From Eledone cirrhosa (taxonomy: Eukaryota), in the NCBI GenBank assembly GCA_964016885.1, contig OZ024764.1, forward strand, positions 25,482,001-25,546,000: 64,000 bases of DNA, in the 5' to 3' direction. The notes beneath the pieces are model-generated. The model had not been told where the DNA came from. It saw only the letters and a list, made by a program, of their open reading frames with translations, and did not search any database. Numbering within the stretch: position 1 is the stretch's first letter; every line of letters begins with the position of its first letter. Positions 13,242-26,751 of this stretch are shown one piece after another. The translations under genes were made by a program, and so were the position numbers.

Positions 13242-13307
13242 TATTTCATTATACATATTTCAGGGATACCATATTAAAAATATGGCATGCCTTCGTCAGA
13301 TAAAATA
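13242..13307 (-). ncRNA. Type I hammerhead ribozyme motif
   Basis: tattttat-CTGACGA-long stem II (aggcatgccatatt/aatatggtatccct)-GAAA-TATGTA-TA-atgaaata; same family as 44901 and 62994. Confidence 0.7.
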
Positions 13308-13597
13308 CAATATATAAACAGTTTTATAAATAATTTTGACATACCATAATATCAGCGACCATTAAATTAGGAGGCTGCCTTGATATATATAGATATATAT
13401 GATATATATATATTTATATATATTGCTCACTCTAATACCCCAAGTATCGAGAGGTTAAACGCTGATGATGATATATGTGTGTTGTGTTTGATGAAACCAA
13501 GAGCTTTAAAGTCAACACCTTCAGGTTTATGTGAAATATCCCAGCTCTTCTGTCTAATACAGATTACATAAACTCCATGACCTTGTCGAAACAATAA

Positions 13598-13895
13598 TCT
13601 ATATATATAAAACTGAGGATGTCTGTGTGTGTGTGTGAGTTTGAATCCCTAAAACTCGAGAACCACCCAACCGACTGTTTTCAAACTTTACACATGTAAT
13701 ACTTACGGTCCTGTGAGTGTTCTGAGCAAAAACAATTTCAAATTTTCAATGCCCTAAGCACCGCATTAGGCGATTTAGCGATCTCTCTATATAATTCTTA
13801 GTCTTTCTCTTTTTAGATAGATACATAGATATAATGTCACGCCCTTATAATATCTGTCTGTATGTCTGGCTGTCTGCATTACTTCACTTCCCTGA

Positions 13896-13970
<75 letters not shown>

Positions 13971-14581
13971 AATCCCTAAAACTCGAGAAGTACCGGACCG
14001 ATGTTTTTCTAACTTTACATGTGTAGCAAGAGGCTGGACTGGTGTAATTCCTTAAAGGCTTATTATACTATGAACATTTCAAAGACCAAGTTCAGTATGA
14101 ATCCGGCGACATTCGAAATTTAACAAAGGAATATAATAGACACAATCCAAGGGGCTGAAAAGGCAGAGAAATGAGAAGGCAGCCAAACATTTAGCAGTTT
14201 CTAGTTCGGTCAGCCTCCTAAAACTCTGTGATTGCTTGCTTTTTGTTTGTAATGTAATACAGCCAAAAGGGCGCATAATGGGAAAATACTTTGAATAGAA
14301 GTTGACCCTGAAATGGGAATACAAATGGAATAAAACAAGTTTTGCGTAATTCGAAGCACGGGTTCCTGAGATATGGGGTTTTACTGGGTACCTTTATAAA
14401 CAGAGAGAGAGAAGGATAGAGAGGAAGAGATAGTGGTTGTGAGAGAGACATAGGGAGAGGGAGAGGAGTCACAGAAAAAAGAAGGGAAGAGAGAGAGAGC
14501 TGGTGGTGAGTGTGTGTATATATATATATGTGTGTGTCTATGACCAGTGTATATAGATCACAGACACCCACATATATATAT

Positions 14582-14613
<32 letters not shown>

Positions 14614-15116
14614 GTTGATTTAAAATATATAAATATATATGTTGATTTAAATATAAATATATATGTTGATTTAAATATGTTGATTTAAAACTGCACTATC
14701 CACAAGTGTTTTTTAGCCTTCATATCATGTCCTCCTGTTTTATCTGATGAAAACACAAATATTATTGCATGATGATGTTTGTTTTTGAAATGCGCATAAT
14801 AAAATACATGGAACTCCTTTAACCATCTTTTGATCTTATATATTATGTATACTCCAGTCCTACAAACTGTAGAGTGCTTCTTATCCGATATCTGCATTGC
14901 TTTATTGTACTACAATAAAACTCACCTCCTACATATATATATATATGTATACACACACACACATTTATATATATATATATACATACACACACGTATATAT
15001 ATATATGGGCCTTCCCTTCCAGTTTCATATCACATTATATACATGTCTGTGTATATTTTAATTATTTAAACATTATTTTTAAGTGAACGTAACGCAACGG
15101 TTCACAGGTGGTCTAG
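13598..15116 (+). mobile_element. Non-autonomous Helitron
   Basis: A|TCTATATATATAAAA 5' end followed by a microsatellite; 3' hairpin GTGAAC...GTTCAC then CTAG|T. Related pieces at 20398-20826 (-) and 56608-56870. Confidence 0.75.
14736..14806 (+). ncRNA. Type I hammerhead ribozyme motif (Penelope pLTR-like insert nested in the Helitron)
   Basis: tgttttat-CTGATGA-stem II-GAAA-TGCGCA-TA-ataaaata; homologous to 45330-45399. Confidence 0.7.
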
Positions 15117-15136
15117 TATTATATATATACTAGACG

Positions 15137-15285
15137 TAGCAGAGGTGGTGAGAGCAGACCTCGGATCACTGAAGCTCACAGTAGAGATGACAAAGAACCG
15201 TGACAAGTGGAGAGAAGCTGTGCTGAATAGGACCCATCCCACCCTTGCAAACAGGGAAAAGTGGACGTAAAATGAAGATGATGAT
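15137..15285 (+). mobile_element. RTE LINE 3' end fragment (family A)
   Basis: Encodes EVVRADL...RDKWREAV, then a (GAT)n tail; matches the end of the 16.5-20 kb copy. Confidence 0.65.
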
Positions 15286-15485
15286 ACACACCCATATTCA
15301 CACACCACTGTATAAATATATATATATGTATACATACACACACACACATTTACACATGTATATATACACATACATACATTCATATCTACAAAATTATGTT
15401 CAATTAGTATGTGTAACAGCTTGTACGAAAAGTGGAAACTGCTACGGCTCTCACTTTCCGTAAAGATGGCTGTATATTTGTTGTA

Positions 15486-16395
15486 CGAGGTGTGTCAGAA
15501 AAGTTCCAGGTCTGATGTCACAAAAGATTTATTTCAAACCCAAACTTCACACTAAGAGTTTTCTCCTCCAAACTAATCCCCCTGGAGTCTAATGCACTTT
15601 TCCATCCTTTTCTGCCACACTTGCATGTACTCCTGGAAGGATTCTTCCGGGATCCTCCGCAATTCCGTCATCACAGCCTTTTTGATGTCATCCACGTCTT
15701 CAAGACGGGCCCCCTCCGGGTCGTACTCGAAGATCCATGACTCATCACCGGTGATAACTGTCCCTAGCAAGTCTGGTACAGTTTTAAGACGCTCGAGGAT
15801 GTCCTGGCACACTTGCATGTGTCGACCCTTCTGGTCATCGTTCAGCAGTTTTGGCACCATCTTCGCACAGACTTTCCGCATGTCCAAATCTTCAGTGAGA
15901 ATCTTCCAGATGCTGTCCCGATTCTTGCCCAGCTCCTTTGCCATCAGTCGAACAGACAATCGCTACGCACCATCTGCCTGACGCGCTCAACGTTGACCTC
16001 AGTCCTGGTTGCTGAGGGCGTTCCGCTCCTGGGATCATCTTCCACGTCCTCACGTCCTTTTTTAAACCTCTTGCACCACTAAAAACCACGTGAGCGTGAC
16101 ATCGTCTAATCTCTATACACTTGCTGCAGCAATCCCAGTGCTTCTGACGGAGTTTTCCCCAACCGTACCAGAAGCTTCAAGTTTGTTCGTTGCTCTGTGC
16201 TCATTGCTTGACGACCTGAAACAGAGGACATGTATATAAAATTATGAAGAAAAAAGTTTGATCGCTGCAGAGAGCTAAGATTACAGTTACAGACTCCAGG
16301 GGGATTACTTTAAAGGAGAAAACTCTTAGTGTGAAGTTTGGGTTTGAAATAAATCTTTTGTGACATCAGTCCTGGAACTTTTCTGACACACATCG
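15486..16395 (-). mobile_element. Mariner DNA transposon, internally deleted, ~105-bp TIRs, TA TSD
   Basis: TA|CGAGGTGTGTCAGAAAAG...CTTTTCTGACACACATCG|TA. Transposase remnants: EQRTNLK, DDPRSG.P, KMVPKLL, ITGDESW..YDPE joined directly to the C-terminal helix. Stops are present; the second Asp and YSPDLAP region are missing. Confidence 0.93.
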
Positions 16396-16559
16396 TATAA
16401 TTATATATATTAGTGTGTATGTGACTTGTAACTGTGTTAACAATTCTATGTATCAGCCATTATGGTTCCTACTTCCCACCCACTTGCCCCACATCCACCA
16501 CATTCGGTATACATGTCCGACACTGTATGCTAACCACTCCCTCATGAATATATCATAGA

Positions 16560-19500
16560 ACAGACAAGGGGTGGATGGAGGCTTCGTAAGTTCTAATGTA
16601 GGCAACTCGTCTAGGAAAGCTACCACTCCGAATAAATTGGTGCAGGGTAGAGAAGTCCTCTAAATCCAGTAAGACAACTTTCCTAGTGCTGGTGGCATGA
16701 ATAAAAGCGCACAGTCCATGCTGTAAAATGGAGGAGTGGATAGGGCCCCTGAGTCCAGTAAGACGACCTCTCTAGTGCTGGTGGCACGAACAAAAGCACC
16801 CAGTCCATACTGTAAAGTGGTGCTGCTGTTAGGAAGGGCATCCAACCAGTATATATACTACTGCCAAACACTATGAACACAACGATTGAAATTTGCAACA
16901 ACTGCATAAACAGCAATAACACTAACCATGTTAGAACTGCGCACGGTAGTGGGGTGGCTAGTGAGGCCATGTGCGAGAACCGCCCGACCGTCATCAAGCA
17001 ATCACACAAAAACAACTGCGTAAACAGCAATAACTCTAACCATGTCAGGGCTGTGCACAGTAGTGGAGTGGCTAGTGAGGCCATGTGTGAGAACTCCACA
17101 ACTGTCATCAAGCAATCGCACAACAGGAAAAAGAACGAGATGTCGCATCTCAGAGTTGCCACACTTAATGTTGGCACTCTAACGGGTAGATCTGGTGAAA
17201 TAGTGGAGATGTTGGAGAGAAGGCATGTGGATGTGTGCTGTGGGCAAGAGATGAGGTGGGGAGATGCCTCTGCAAGACTAATCACAGGTAAACATCGTAG
17301 TTATAAGCTTTTCTGGGTGGGTAATGATGATGGGTTGGGTGGGGGTGGGTATATTACTGGCTGAGAGATGAATCAACAAGACAATAGAGGTAGTTAGAGC
17401 TAGTGATAGAATAATTAAATATTTAAGCTTAGATTAGTTGTAGGCAAGAGACTATGCTCCCCAGGCAGGCCTAGGTAAAGAAGAGAAAGACGGCTTTTAC
17501 GAGCAACTTTTACAGACAGCCTCAATGACAGAGGACGGAGACATCGTTATGCTAGCAGGGGACTTCAATGGTCATGTTGGACAGCTCCAGGATGGATACA
17601 CTGGGGTACATGGTGGGCACAGTTACGGCTCAAGAAATGAAGGAGTGAGGCTTCTTGAATTTTGTGATGCAAATGCACTAACCATTTGCAACACTAACTT
17701 CCAGAAACCTGCCAACCACCTAATAACCTACAAATCAGGTGAGCACATAAGCCAGATTGACTTCTTACTAGTTAGACAGCGAGACAGGCAGATGGTGTCA
17801 AATACCAAAAGAATGTACCCCACAGCATAAGTTAGTTGTTAGTGACATCTCAGTAAGCAAGAGAAAGAATGAGACATACAGGCAGGTGTGGAAAAGAAAG
17901 GTCTGGAAGCTAAAAGACGTTTCATTAAAATATAAATTTAGCAAAGCCCTTCAAGATGTGTACGGTGATAAAGAAGACGATTTAGAGTTGAATGACATAG
18001 ATGATAACTGGAATTTCTTGCGTGACAACTTACTGCAGGCTACTGAAGAAACTTGTGACTGGAGCAGAGCTTCAGCCAGAGAGAGAGAGTGACCTGGTGG
18101 TGGAACAGCACGGTAGATAAGGCCTTTAGAGACAAAAGACTGGCATGGAAAGCTTGGAAAAATGGTGGAAGTAAGTAGAGACGGATGCACAGCCGCTAAG
18201 AGAGAAGATAGGCAGTGTGTCAGTGCTTATCAGGATGTTGTTGGAGATAAGTGTGTCTGGAATGATCCTGGTGTACTTAGTGTCACGAATGATCAGAAAA
18301 AGGAGGCCTGGAAATGTCATTATGAGAGACTGATGAATGTGGAGAACGAAGGGGACAGAGAGGAATTACCCCCAGTAGACACGACAGAGGGACCAGCTAT
18401 TGAGATTGACAAATATAGGGTCTAAGAGGTGATTAAGGAAATGAAGAATGGTAAGGCTGCTGGACTGTCGGAGATAGTTGCTAAGATGCTGAAGGCATCA
18501 GGGGACGTAGGCACTAAACTGGTTGCACGCATCATCAATCAGGCTATATATGGTGATGTCATACCCAAAGACTGGTGCAACAGTATTCTCATAAATTGCT
18601 ACAAAGGTAAAGGGGATGCTCTGGAGCGGAGCAATTATAGGGGTATAAAACTGATAGATCAGGTTATGAAAGTGGCAGAAAGGATATTAGCACAACTAAT
18701 TAGAGAAAGGATCAAACTAGATGAGATGCAGTTTGGTTTTGTGGCTGGGAAAAGTACAACAGTTGTCCTCTTCTTAGTGAGGAAACTATAAGAGGTTCTT
18801 AGAGAAGAATAAGCCACTATACTTAGCCTTTGTTGACCTAGAGAAGGCCTTTGATAGGGTACCTCGATCTGTCATCTGGTGGTCCCTAAGGAAACTAGGT
18901 GTAGAAGAATGGCTTGTGAGGACAGTGCAAGCTATGTACAGGGGTGCTGTCAGTAAAGTGAGAAGAGGAATGGAGTTTAGTGAGGAATTCCAGATACAAT
19001 AGGAGTACATCAAGGTTCAGTCCTCAGCCTGCCCTTGTTCATTATAGTCCTCCAAGCCATAACAGAGGAGTTTAAGACTGGCTGCCCATGGGAACTTCTC
19101 TATGCTGATGATCTGTTTCTTATAGCAGAATCAGTAGAGGAGCTAGAGAATAAATTCTGGCTATGGAAACAGCAGTTGGAAGCAAGAGGACTGAGAGTGA
19201 ACCTAGCTAAGACAAAAGTGTTGATGAGTAGAAAAGAGGACAAAACTCTGATTCCATCAGGGAAATGGCCATGTTCGATATGTATGAAAGGAACTGGCAT
19301 AAATTCCATAAAATGTACGCAATGTATATCTTGGGTACACAAGAGATGTAGTGGGATAGCAGGCAAACTAACAGGTAGGGAGAACTACGTATGCAGTAGA
19401 TGTACAGGGAAAATTGGCAGTAGTAATTGCAGTGATAGACTCATTTTTCCAAAGCAGGTGGGTTCTATAGAAGTGGTTGATAGCTTCCTGTACCTAGGTG

Positions 19501-19990
19501 ATAAGATTAGCATGGGAGGGGGGTATTCTGAGGCCATAGTATCTAGAATAAGGATGGGTTGGAAGAAGTTTAGGGAGCTGCTTCCTCTGTTGACAAAGAA
19601 GGGTTTCTCCCTGCGTTCAAAAGGATGGTTATATGATGCCTGTGTGAGATGAGCAATGATGCATGGTAGTGAGACATGGGCAGTAACTGCAGAGGATATG
19701 CGACGGCTGGAGAGAAATGAAGCGAGTATGCTCCGATGGATGTGCAGTGTCAATGTGCGTGAATGACCAAGCATAGACGAGTTGAGAAAGAAACTGAGTA
19801 TAAGAGGGATAAGTTGTGGTGTGCAGGAGAGAAGGCTGAGATGGTATGGACTTGTGATGCACATGGAGGATGACCACTGGGTAAAGAAGTGCCAAGAAAT
19901 CCCAGTGGAGGAAAGAACCAATAGAGGAAGACCATGAAAAACATGGGCGGAGGTGGTGAGGGCAGACCTCAGATGATGATGATGATGATT
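16560..19990 (+). mobile_element. RTE-clade LINE, near full length but decayed (APE endonuclease, RT, PHD finger), family A
   Basis: LRVATLNVGTL, QEMRW, AGDFNGHVG, SQIDF (APE); NYRGIKL, QFGF, FVDLEKAFD, LYADD (RT); C4HC3 finger; (GAT)n tail; multiple stops and frameshifts. Confidence 0.95.
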
Positions 19991-20077
19991 CATACAAACA
20001 TACATACATTTATTATTATCAGAGCCATAGAGAAGCTGTCTTCTTGGGCTACTATCCTAAAGTTAAATACAGAGGAG

Positions 20078-20235
20078 GACTCTATGCCAAGAACATGGAT
20101 GGGTTGAAGAAAAATCTTGACCTGGTTACAACATTCTCAAAGGATATAGGAATGGAGTTTGGCCAAGATAAATGTTCATATATGATTGTACAGCAGGGAA
20201 AAACTACAATCCAATCTAACATTTTTATCAATGGC
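20078..20235 (+). mobile_element. R4/Dong-like non-LTR RT fragment
   Basis: LYAKN...FSKDIGMEFGQDKC matches the post-YxDD segment of R4-type RTs. Confidence 0.6.
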
Positions 20236-20397
20236 CGAACTGTTTCATCAATATCTGCCGACCCCACAGTTTTATGCCTGAAAAAAACTTTACATAGAAT
20301 TTGAAATTGGTGAAAATCATCAAAATCTTGATTTCCAATATAGGCCAACCCCTTCCACCATCGATTTGTCATATATTCCTCAGCTTATATTTGAGTA

Positions 20398-20826
20398 CTA
20401 GACCACCCTTGACCAGTTGGGTCACGTTCACTTAAAAATATTTTTAAATAATTATAACATACACAGACATGTATATAATATAAAATGAAATTGGAAGGCC
20501 CATATATATATGTGTGTGTGTATATATGTATGTATATACGTATGTGTGTGTGTATATATATATATATGTGGGTATGTGTGACCTATATACGCTGGTCACA
20601 CATAGACACACACACTATCTCTTTCCCTCTATCTTTCTTTCTCACTATTTATAAAGGTACCCAGTAAACCCCATATCTCAGGAACCTGTGCTCTGCTTTA
20701 CACAAAACTTGTTTTATTCCATATGTATCCCCATTTCAGGGTCAACTTCCTTTCAAACTATTTCCCCATTGTGCCCCCTTTTGCCTGTATTAAATAACAG
20801 ACAAGACACAATCACAGAGTTTTAGT
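20398..20826 (-). mobile_element. Helitron 3' portion, same family as 13598-15116
   Basis: Reverse-complement match to ~14220-14580 plus ~14935-15116, ending in CTAG; lacks the hammerhead-bearing insert. Confidence 0.7.
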
Positions 20827-21185
20827 AGTATATATATGGTATATAGTGCTGGTACCCACTTCCTGGCCTCAATAATGCAGTGTGTCCTTGAGCAAGTCAG
20901 TTTATTTCATGTTGCTCCAGTCCACTCTGCTGGAAGAAAGGAAATGAGTTGCAATGAAACTGGTGCCAAGCTGTAACAGCTTTTCTTTTTCCCTCGGACA
21001 ACATATATAGTGTATATATAGTGTATATATAGTATGTATATAATATATATATATAGTGTATATATAGAATGTATATAATATATATAGTGTATATATGGTA
21101 TGTATATAATATATATATAGTGTATATATAGTATGTATATAATATATATATATAGTGTATATATAGTATGTATAATATATATATA

Positions 21186-24100
21186 TCATCATCATCGTTT
21201 AACGTCCATCTTCCACGCTTGCATGGGTTTGGACGGGAGTTTTCCCACCTGAGGCTAGAGTGGTTGTCCTGCTCGTATAGGACTGTCTAGCGGGTTTTCT
21301 ACGGCTGGATGCCCTTCCTAACACCAACCACGTTTACTGTGTGGACTGGGAGGTTTTTACCTTGTTATCTACACGGCCACATTACAGCGTGGACTGTGTG
21401 TTTTTTTTGTCGTGACACCTACACAACCTCATTTGTTTCGGACTGGATGTTGTGGCACCCACGTAACTTCACATTTAAGGGGGTGGTGTGGATGGGGTGG
21501 GACAGGGGTGTATTTTTGTTAAAGGTGCCTACTGACTGTAGGTTTCGCTTTGTGCTTAGGCAAGGCGGGTCTTCTGTATTACTGTGTAGCGCCAAAGATC
21601 TCGGTCCAGTGACATTGTCTTGGAGAGGTGTAAGTGTTTGATTGCCCTGCACTTTTTTATACAGCTGTCGTTTTTCATGCGCATCACGTGACCATAGCAA
21701 CGTAGCCTTCTATCGAGTAGACAACATCTGATCCCTCTTATTCCTAATTTCTCCCTTAGTTCGTTTATGCTTTGCCGTTCACGTATATTACTATTACACA
21801 TCCAGTGGAGCATGCAAGCTTCATTCCTCTCTAGTCTGCGTATATCCTCTGCACACAATGCCCAGGTCTCACTGCCATGTAACATTGCTGTTCGTATGCA
21901 GGCATCATACAGCCTGCCTTTCATTTTTAGAGAGAACCCTTTAGCGGCCAATAGTGGTATAAGCTCTCTGAACTTTTTCCATCCCGTTCTGACTCTAGCT
22001 ACTGTACTTTCAGAGCACCCTCCCCCACTGCTGATTTTGTCACCCAGGTAACGGAAGGTGTCCACTACTTCTATAGAACCATATGTGCAATGGAATGAGC
22101 TAGTATTCTGTGGGCACTTGCTGCTACATATTGCACCAGCGCACTGGCCACATATAAAATCTATATTCTTAGTTAGCTTACCTGTGATCTCACTACATCT
22201 TTTATGCACCCATACTTTGCATTTGGGACATAAAATGGAGTTTCTGCCTACTCCTTTCCTACACACTGAGCATGGCCATTTCCCAGATGGGACCGGTGCC
22301 CTATTTTCCTTCCTACAAACTAGAACTTTAGTCTTAGACAAGTTAATTTTAAGGCCATTTGATTCTAGGCCATGCTTCCATGTTTGGAATTTCTTCTCTA
22401 GTTCAGCCATTGATTCAGCTATGAGCGTTAGATCATTTGCATATAGGAGTTCCCATGGGCAGCCAGTCTTGAACTCCTCTGTTATAGCCTAAAGGGCAAT
22501 AATAAATAGTAGGGGGCTAAGAACGGAGCCCTGATGAACACCAACTTTTACGCTAAACTCTTCACTATATTCGTTGTTAATTCTAACCTTGCTGACTGTT
22601 TCTTTATACATGGCTTGTATAGCTCTCACAAGCCATTCATCAACACCTAGTTTTCTAAGAGCCCACCTGATAATGGAGCGGGGGACTCTGCCAAAGGCTT
22701 TCTCCAAGTCAACAAAAGCTAAGTATAGGGGTTTACTTTTAGGTAGGTACTTCTCCTGTAGTTGTCGTACAATGAAAAGAGCGTCTGTGGTACTTTTACC
22801 TGACACAAACCCGAACTGCCTCTATAGTTACCCCTTTATAGGGCATCTCCTTTACCCTTGTAGCAGTTAATGATGATGCTGCTACGCCAGTCCTTCGGAA
22901 CAGCCCCATTCTGTATGACTTGGTTTACTATCCGGGTGACCATAGTGTGTCCCACCGTTCCAGATGCTTTCAGCATTTCAGCAACTATTTCCGAAGGCCC
23001 AGCCGCCTTACCCGTTTTCATATCTTTGATTGCCTTACTTATTTTACTACCTTCAACTAGCACTGCTGGTCCCTCTATTGGATCGATGTGGGGGAGACTG
23101 TCTTTCTCCCATTTATTCTCCTCATTTAGTAGCCTTTCGTAGTGACACTTCCAAGCTACCTTCTTATCAGCGTCTGTGATGGCAAGTATGCCATCATCAT
23201 TAAGGACACACTTCTCCCCGACAATATCACGGTTTTCCTTGACACATTGCCTAGCAATCCTGAACACCTCACGTTTTTGGTCCTCGCGTTGTAGAACATG
23301 CTTGAACTTTCTTTCCTCTGCTTCCCTTCTTTCGAAGTACACTTGTCTCCTAACTTCCCTCCTGGCTACTTGATAGTCTTCTCTACTTCCCCCATCCCGC
23401 CATATTTCCAAGCCTGCTTTTTGGCCTTAATTGACTCCTCCACCTTACTGTTCCACCATCACGTTACTCTCCTCCTGCCTATAGGCCTGCTCCAGCCACA
23501 GACTTCATCTGCCGCCTTCAGCAGGTTAGCTTTCAGGAATTTCCACTGTTCCTCTATATTGTACGACTCTAATTGCTCTTCCTTACTGTCGAAAGCATCA
23601 AGTAATATGCTTTTAAATTTATTACTGGCTGTGGGGTCCTTTAGCTTCCATATTTTTCTCCTGAGGATAGTCCTCTTCTGCTGTCGAGTACGTCTCGTCC
23701 TGACTATGAGGTCGCTAATTATCAGTCTATGTTGGAAGGTGCATTCTTCATGGGGGAGGGATTTAGTGTTTACAACAGACACTCTATCACGTCTTCTGGT
23801 AAGGATATAATCTACCTGGCTGGCGTGTTCCCCTGATCTGTAGGTGATCAAGTGATTGTCTCGTTTTTTGAAGTTAGTGTTACAGATAGTTAGGTTATTT
23901 GCGTCACAGAATTCCAGGATTCTGGAGCCTTCCTCATTTCTAGTACCAAACCCATAGCCTCCATGGATTCCGTCATAGCCGTCACAATGTTGTCCAATGT
24001 GACCATTTAGGTCGCCAGCAATAATTATGTAGTCACTGTCGATTATTTGGGAGGTAGTGAATATCAGTGTCTCATAGAAACTGTCTTTTATAGCGCCAGG

Positions 24101-24462
24101 CAGTCCGGATTGGGGTGCATACGCAGATATTACTGTCACAGTAGTTCTATTTAGGACAAGTCTTATTTTAATTATTCTGTCATTCACTCTATTTACGTCT
24201 ATTATCTTATCCACCCATTTTTCTGCTAACATGATTCCTACCCACCCAGCCCATTGTCATCCCCCCCCCCCCCAGAAAAGCTTATAGCATCGTTTTTTAC
24301 CCACAATGAATCTAGCAGACCCACTCCTCCACCTGGTCTCTTGGATACAGCAAACATCAACCTCCTTACGTTCAAGCATTTCTACAACCTCGTTAGAGCG
24401 ACCTTTTAAGGTGCCTACATTCATGGTACCAACTCTGAAGTTTTGGATTGCGTTTGGTGGGT
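21186..24462 (-). mobile_element. RTE-clade LINE (family B), APE-RT-PHD, decayed with internal deletions
   Basis: ORF pieces 23459-24232 (SAYAPQ, GDLNGH, QVDY, HRLI), 22836-23411, 22489-22806 (GVHQGSVLSP) and 21556-22410; 3'UTR with GTTAGGAAGGGCATCCAGCC and a (GAT)n tail. Confidence 0.95.
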
Positions 24463-24847
24463 GGGAATATGGTGTATATATAGTATGTATATAATATATA
24501 TAGTGTATATATAGTCTGTATTTAATATATATATATAGTCTATATATAGTATGTATATAATATATATAGTGTGTATATAGTCTGTATATATAGTATGTAT
24601 ATAATATATATATAGTGTATATATAGTATGTATATAATATATATATATATATGGTGTATATATAGTATGTATATAATATATGTATATAGTGTATATATAG
24701 TATGTATATAATATATATATAGTGTATATATAGTATGTATATAATATATATATATATATAGTGTATATATAGTATGTATATAATATATTTGTTATGTCAC
24801 TGGTGCCAAGCAGTATGACATCATAAATAGAGTATATATGATGTATA

Positions 24848-26579
24848 TCTTTATATATATATAAGCGAGGATGTGTGTGTGTCTGTGTACAACTTTGGAT
24901 ACCTAAGGCTTTTACAATTACCAACCGAAGTTGACCAAATTTTCTGTGCACATTGCACAGGTCGCTAAGATGGTCACATCACAATTTTTCCAATCGACCC
25001 ACGTTGAGCAATAAAAAATCGATATCAAAATTATCAGTAGCAAAATTGATGTAAGGGAGATAGCTAACTTTATTGACAATCCTTATAAAGAGAGTGAGAT
25101 ATGGAGACCTTCGTTTTCAATTTTAAAACAACAATCATCAGATTCATTTGAAGATAAATCACTAATATTATCGTTTGTTTCTTGTTTATTCTTTGTTGCA
25201 CTTTCAAAGCTAAAAAAACACTTGTTGTTTTAACTTGTTTCACTATATTAAGTGTTAATTTTAGCGTTAATGGCCTAATCTCGCAGCAGTCTCTAATTGA
25301 CGAGATTTTGATGATGGTTTGTTTATTTTTAGAACAATCGTTATGGGACTTTCCATTCAAACCATTGGGACCTACAACTTTTACATTTTTAAAACTTTCA
25401 TAAGCCATGTTGATACAAAAAAAACAAACCATTGGGACCTACAGCTTTTACATTTTTAAAGTAATTTCGTCCACATTTGAGGCAGGCATTATCTATGCTT
25501 CCAGCTGTATTCGTACGCATCACACTTTTTTGACAATGAAGGAACATACTGAACAGGATTCTTCCTGGATGTCCACGGATATATAAATCTATTGATACTG
25601 TATGTGATCCACAGGATGCGGTCAACTATCCAGTTGAATTTCTAAATTCTTTAAATCCTCCTGGTTTACCTCCTAATTGGTTCTGAAAGAGGGAACACCA
25701 GTTATTTTGCTGAGAAATATCACTCCTCCAAAACTATGCACTGGTACACGCCTTGTGGTTGAAAAACTGTCTCCACTTAGTATTGACGTTACCATTCTAT
25801 CTGGATGTGGAAAAGGCGAGGATGTGATAATAACAAAAATTAGCCTGACTACATCAGGCATGGATACTCCCTTCTCCTTTCGCCGAACCCAATTTCCCCT
25901 TTGTGTTGCCTTTGCGATGTCCATAAACAAGTCGCAAGATCAAACTCTGTCCGTCACTGGAATTCACTTGGATGAACCTTGTTTTTCGCACGAACAATTC
26001 TACGTTGCCCGCTCACGAGTTGGCAGTCGAGATAATCTCTTTGCGTTTGTTCCGAAAAGAAAAACAAAGAATATCGTCTATCCTGAAGTGCTTTAGTGTT
26101 AACAAAAAAACTTATTACAGCTCTGCCTTGACTTCACCTTACTCATTACAAAACATATCAATGAATATGTCATGCAGGATATTTTGGATTATAAGTTCAA
26201 AATTTAACCATACACAACTCTCCAAGGATGTTCTCAAAGAATAGATTTTCTCTTATTCTACTCTCATTGTTTTTTTGTTTGCATACAACTCTGCTTTCAT
26301 TACAACTTTTTGTACTTTAGCAAAACTGCCTGTTTTTTTTACAGATTTGCAATGTGTATTATCTTTAATCATTTGTATAACTACATCCTCTTCAGTGTTT
26401 TCCTTCATTATCAGCATAGTTTAATGTGTAAAAAGATGGCACTAAATATTCGTTTGCATTAATTATTGAAGACTTCTGCTTATTTTGACAGGTTGGGGAC
26501 AAATAATGTCCTTTTACTTCATAGCTGTATATTCTTAGCATAATTTCAAACCCCGAGCAACGCCGGGTAAATCTGCTAG
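24848..26579 (+). mobile_element. Internally deleted Helitron with PIF1-type helicase C-terminal remnant
   Basis: A|TC 5' end; [14 protein letters not shown]...LCTGTRL, QFPLCVAFAMSINKSQ.QTL, FSHEQFYVA.SRV, KNIVYPEVL*; 3' hairpin CCCGAGCAACGCCGGG then CTAG|T. Confidence 0.92.
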
Positions 26580-26751
26580 TTATATATAGTATGTATATAA
26601 TATATATATATATATATATCCAGGGAGTGTATTACCACAGCAGAGGTCCGAGGAGCTTGTGATTCCAGAGTCAAGCCAGATCAATACATGAGCTGATCAA
26701 TAGTGAAACAATCAATAAACCTAATGAAGACATAACAAATCGTACTTGTAT

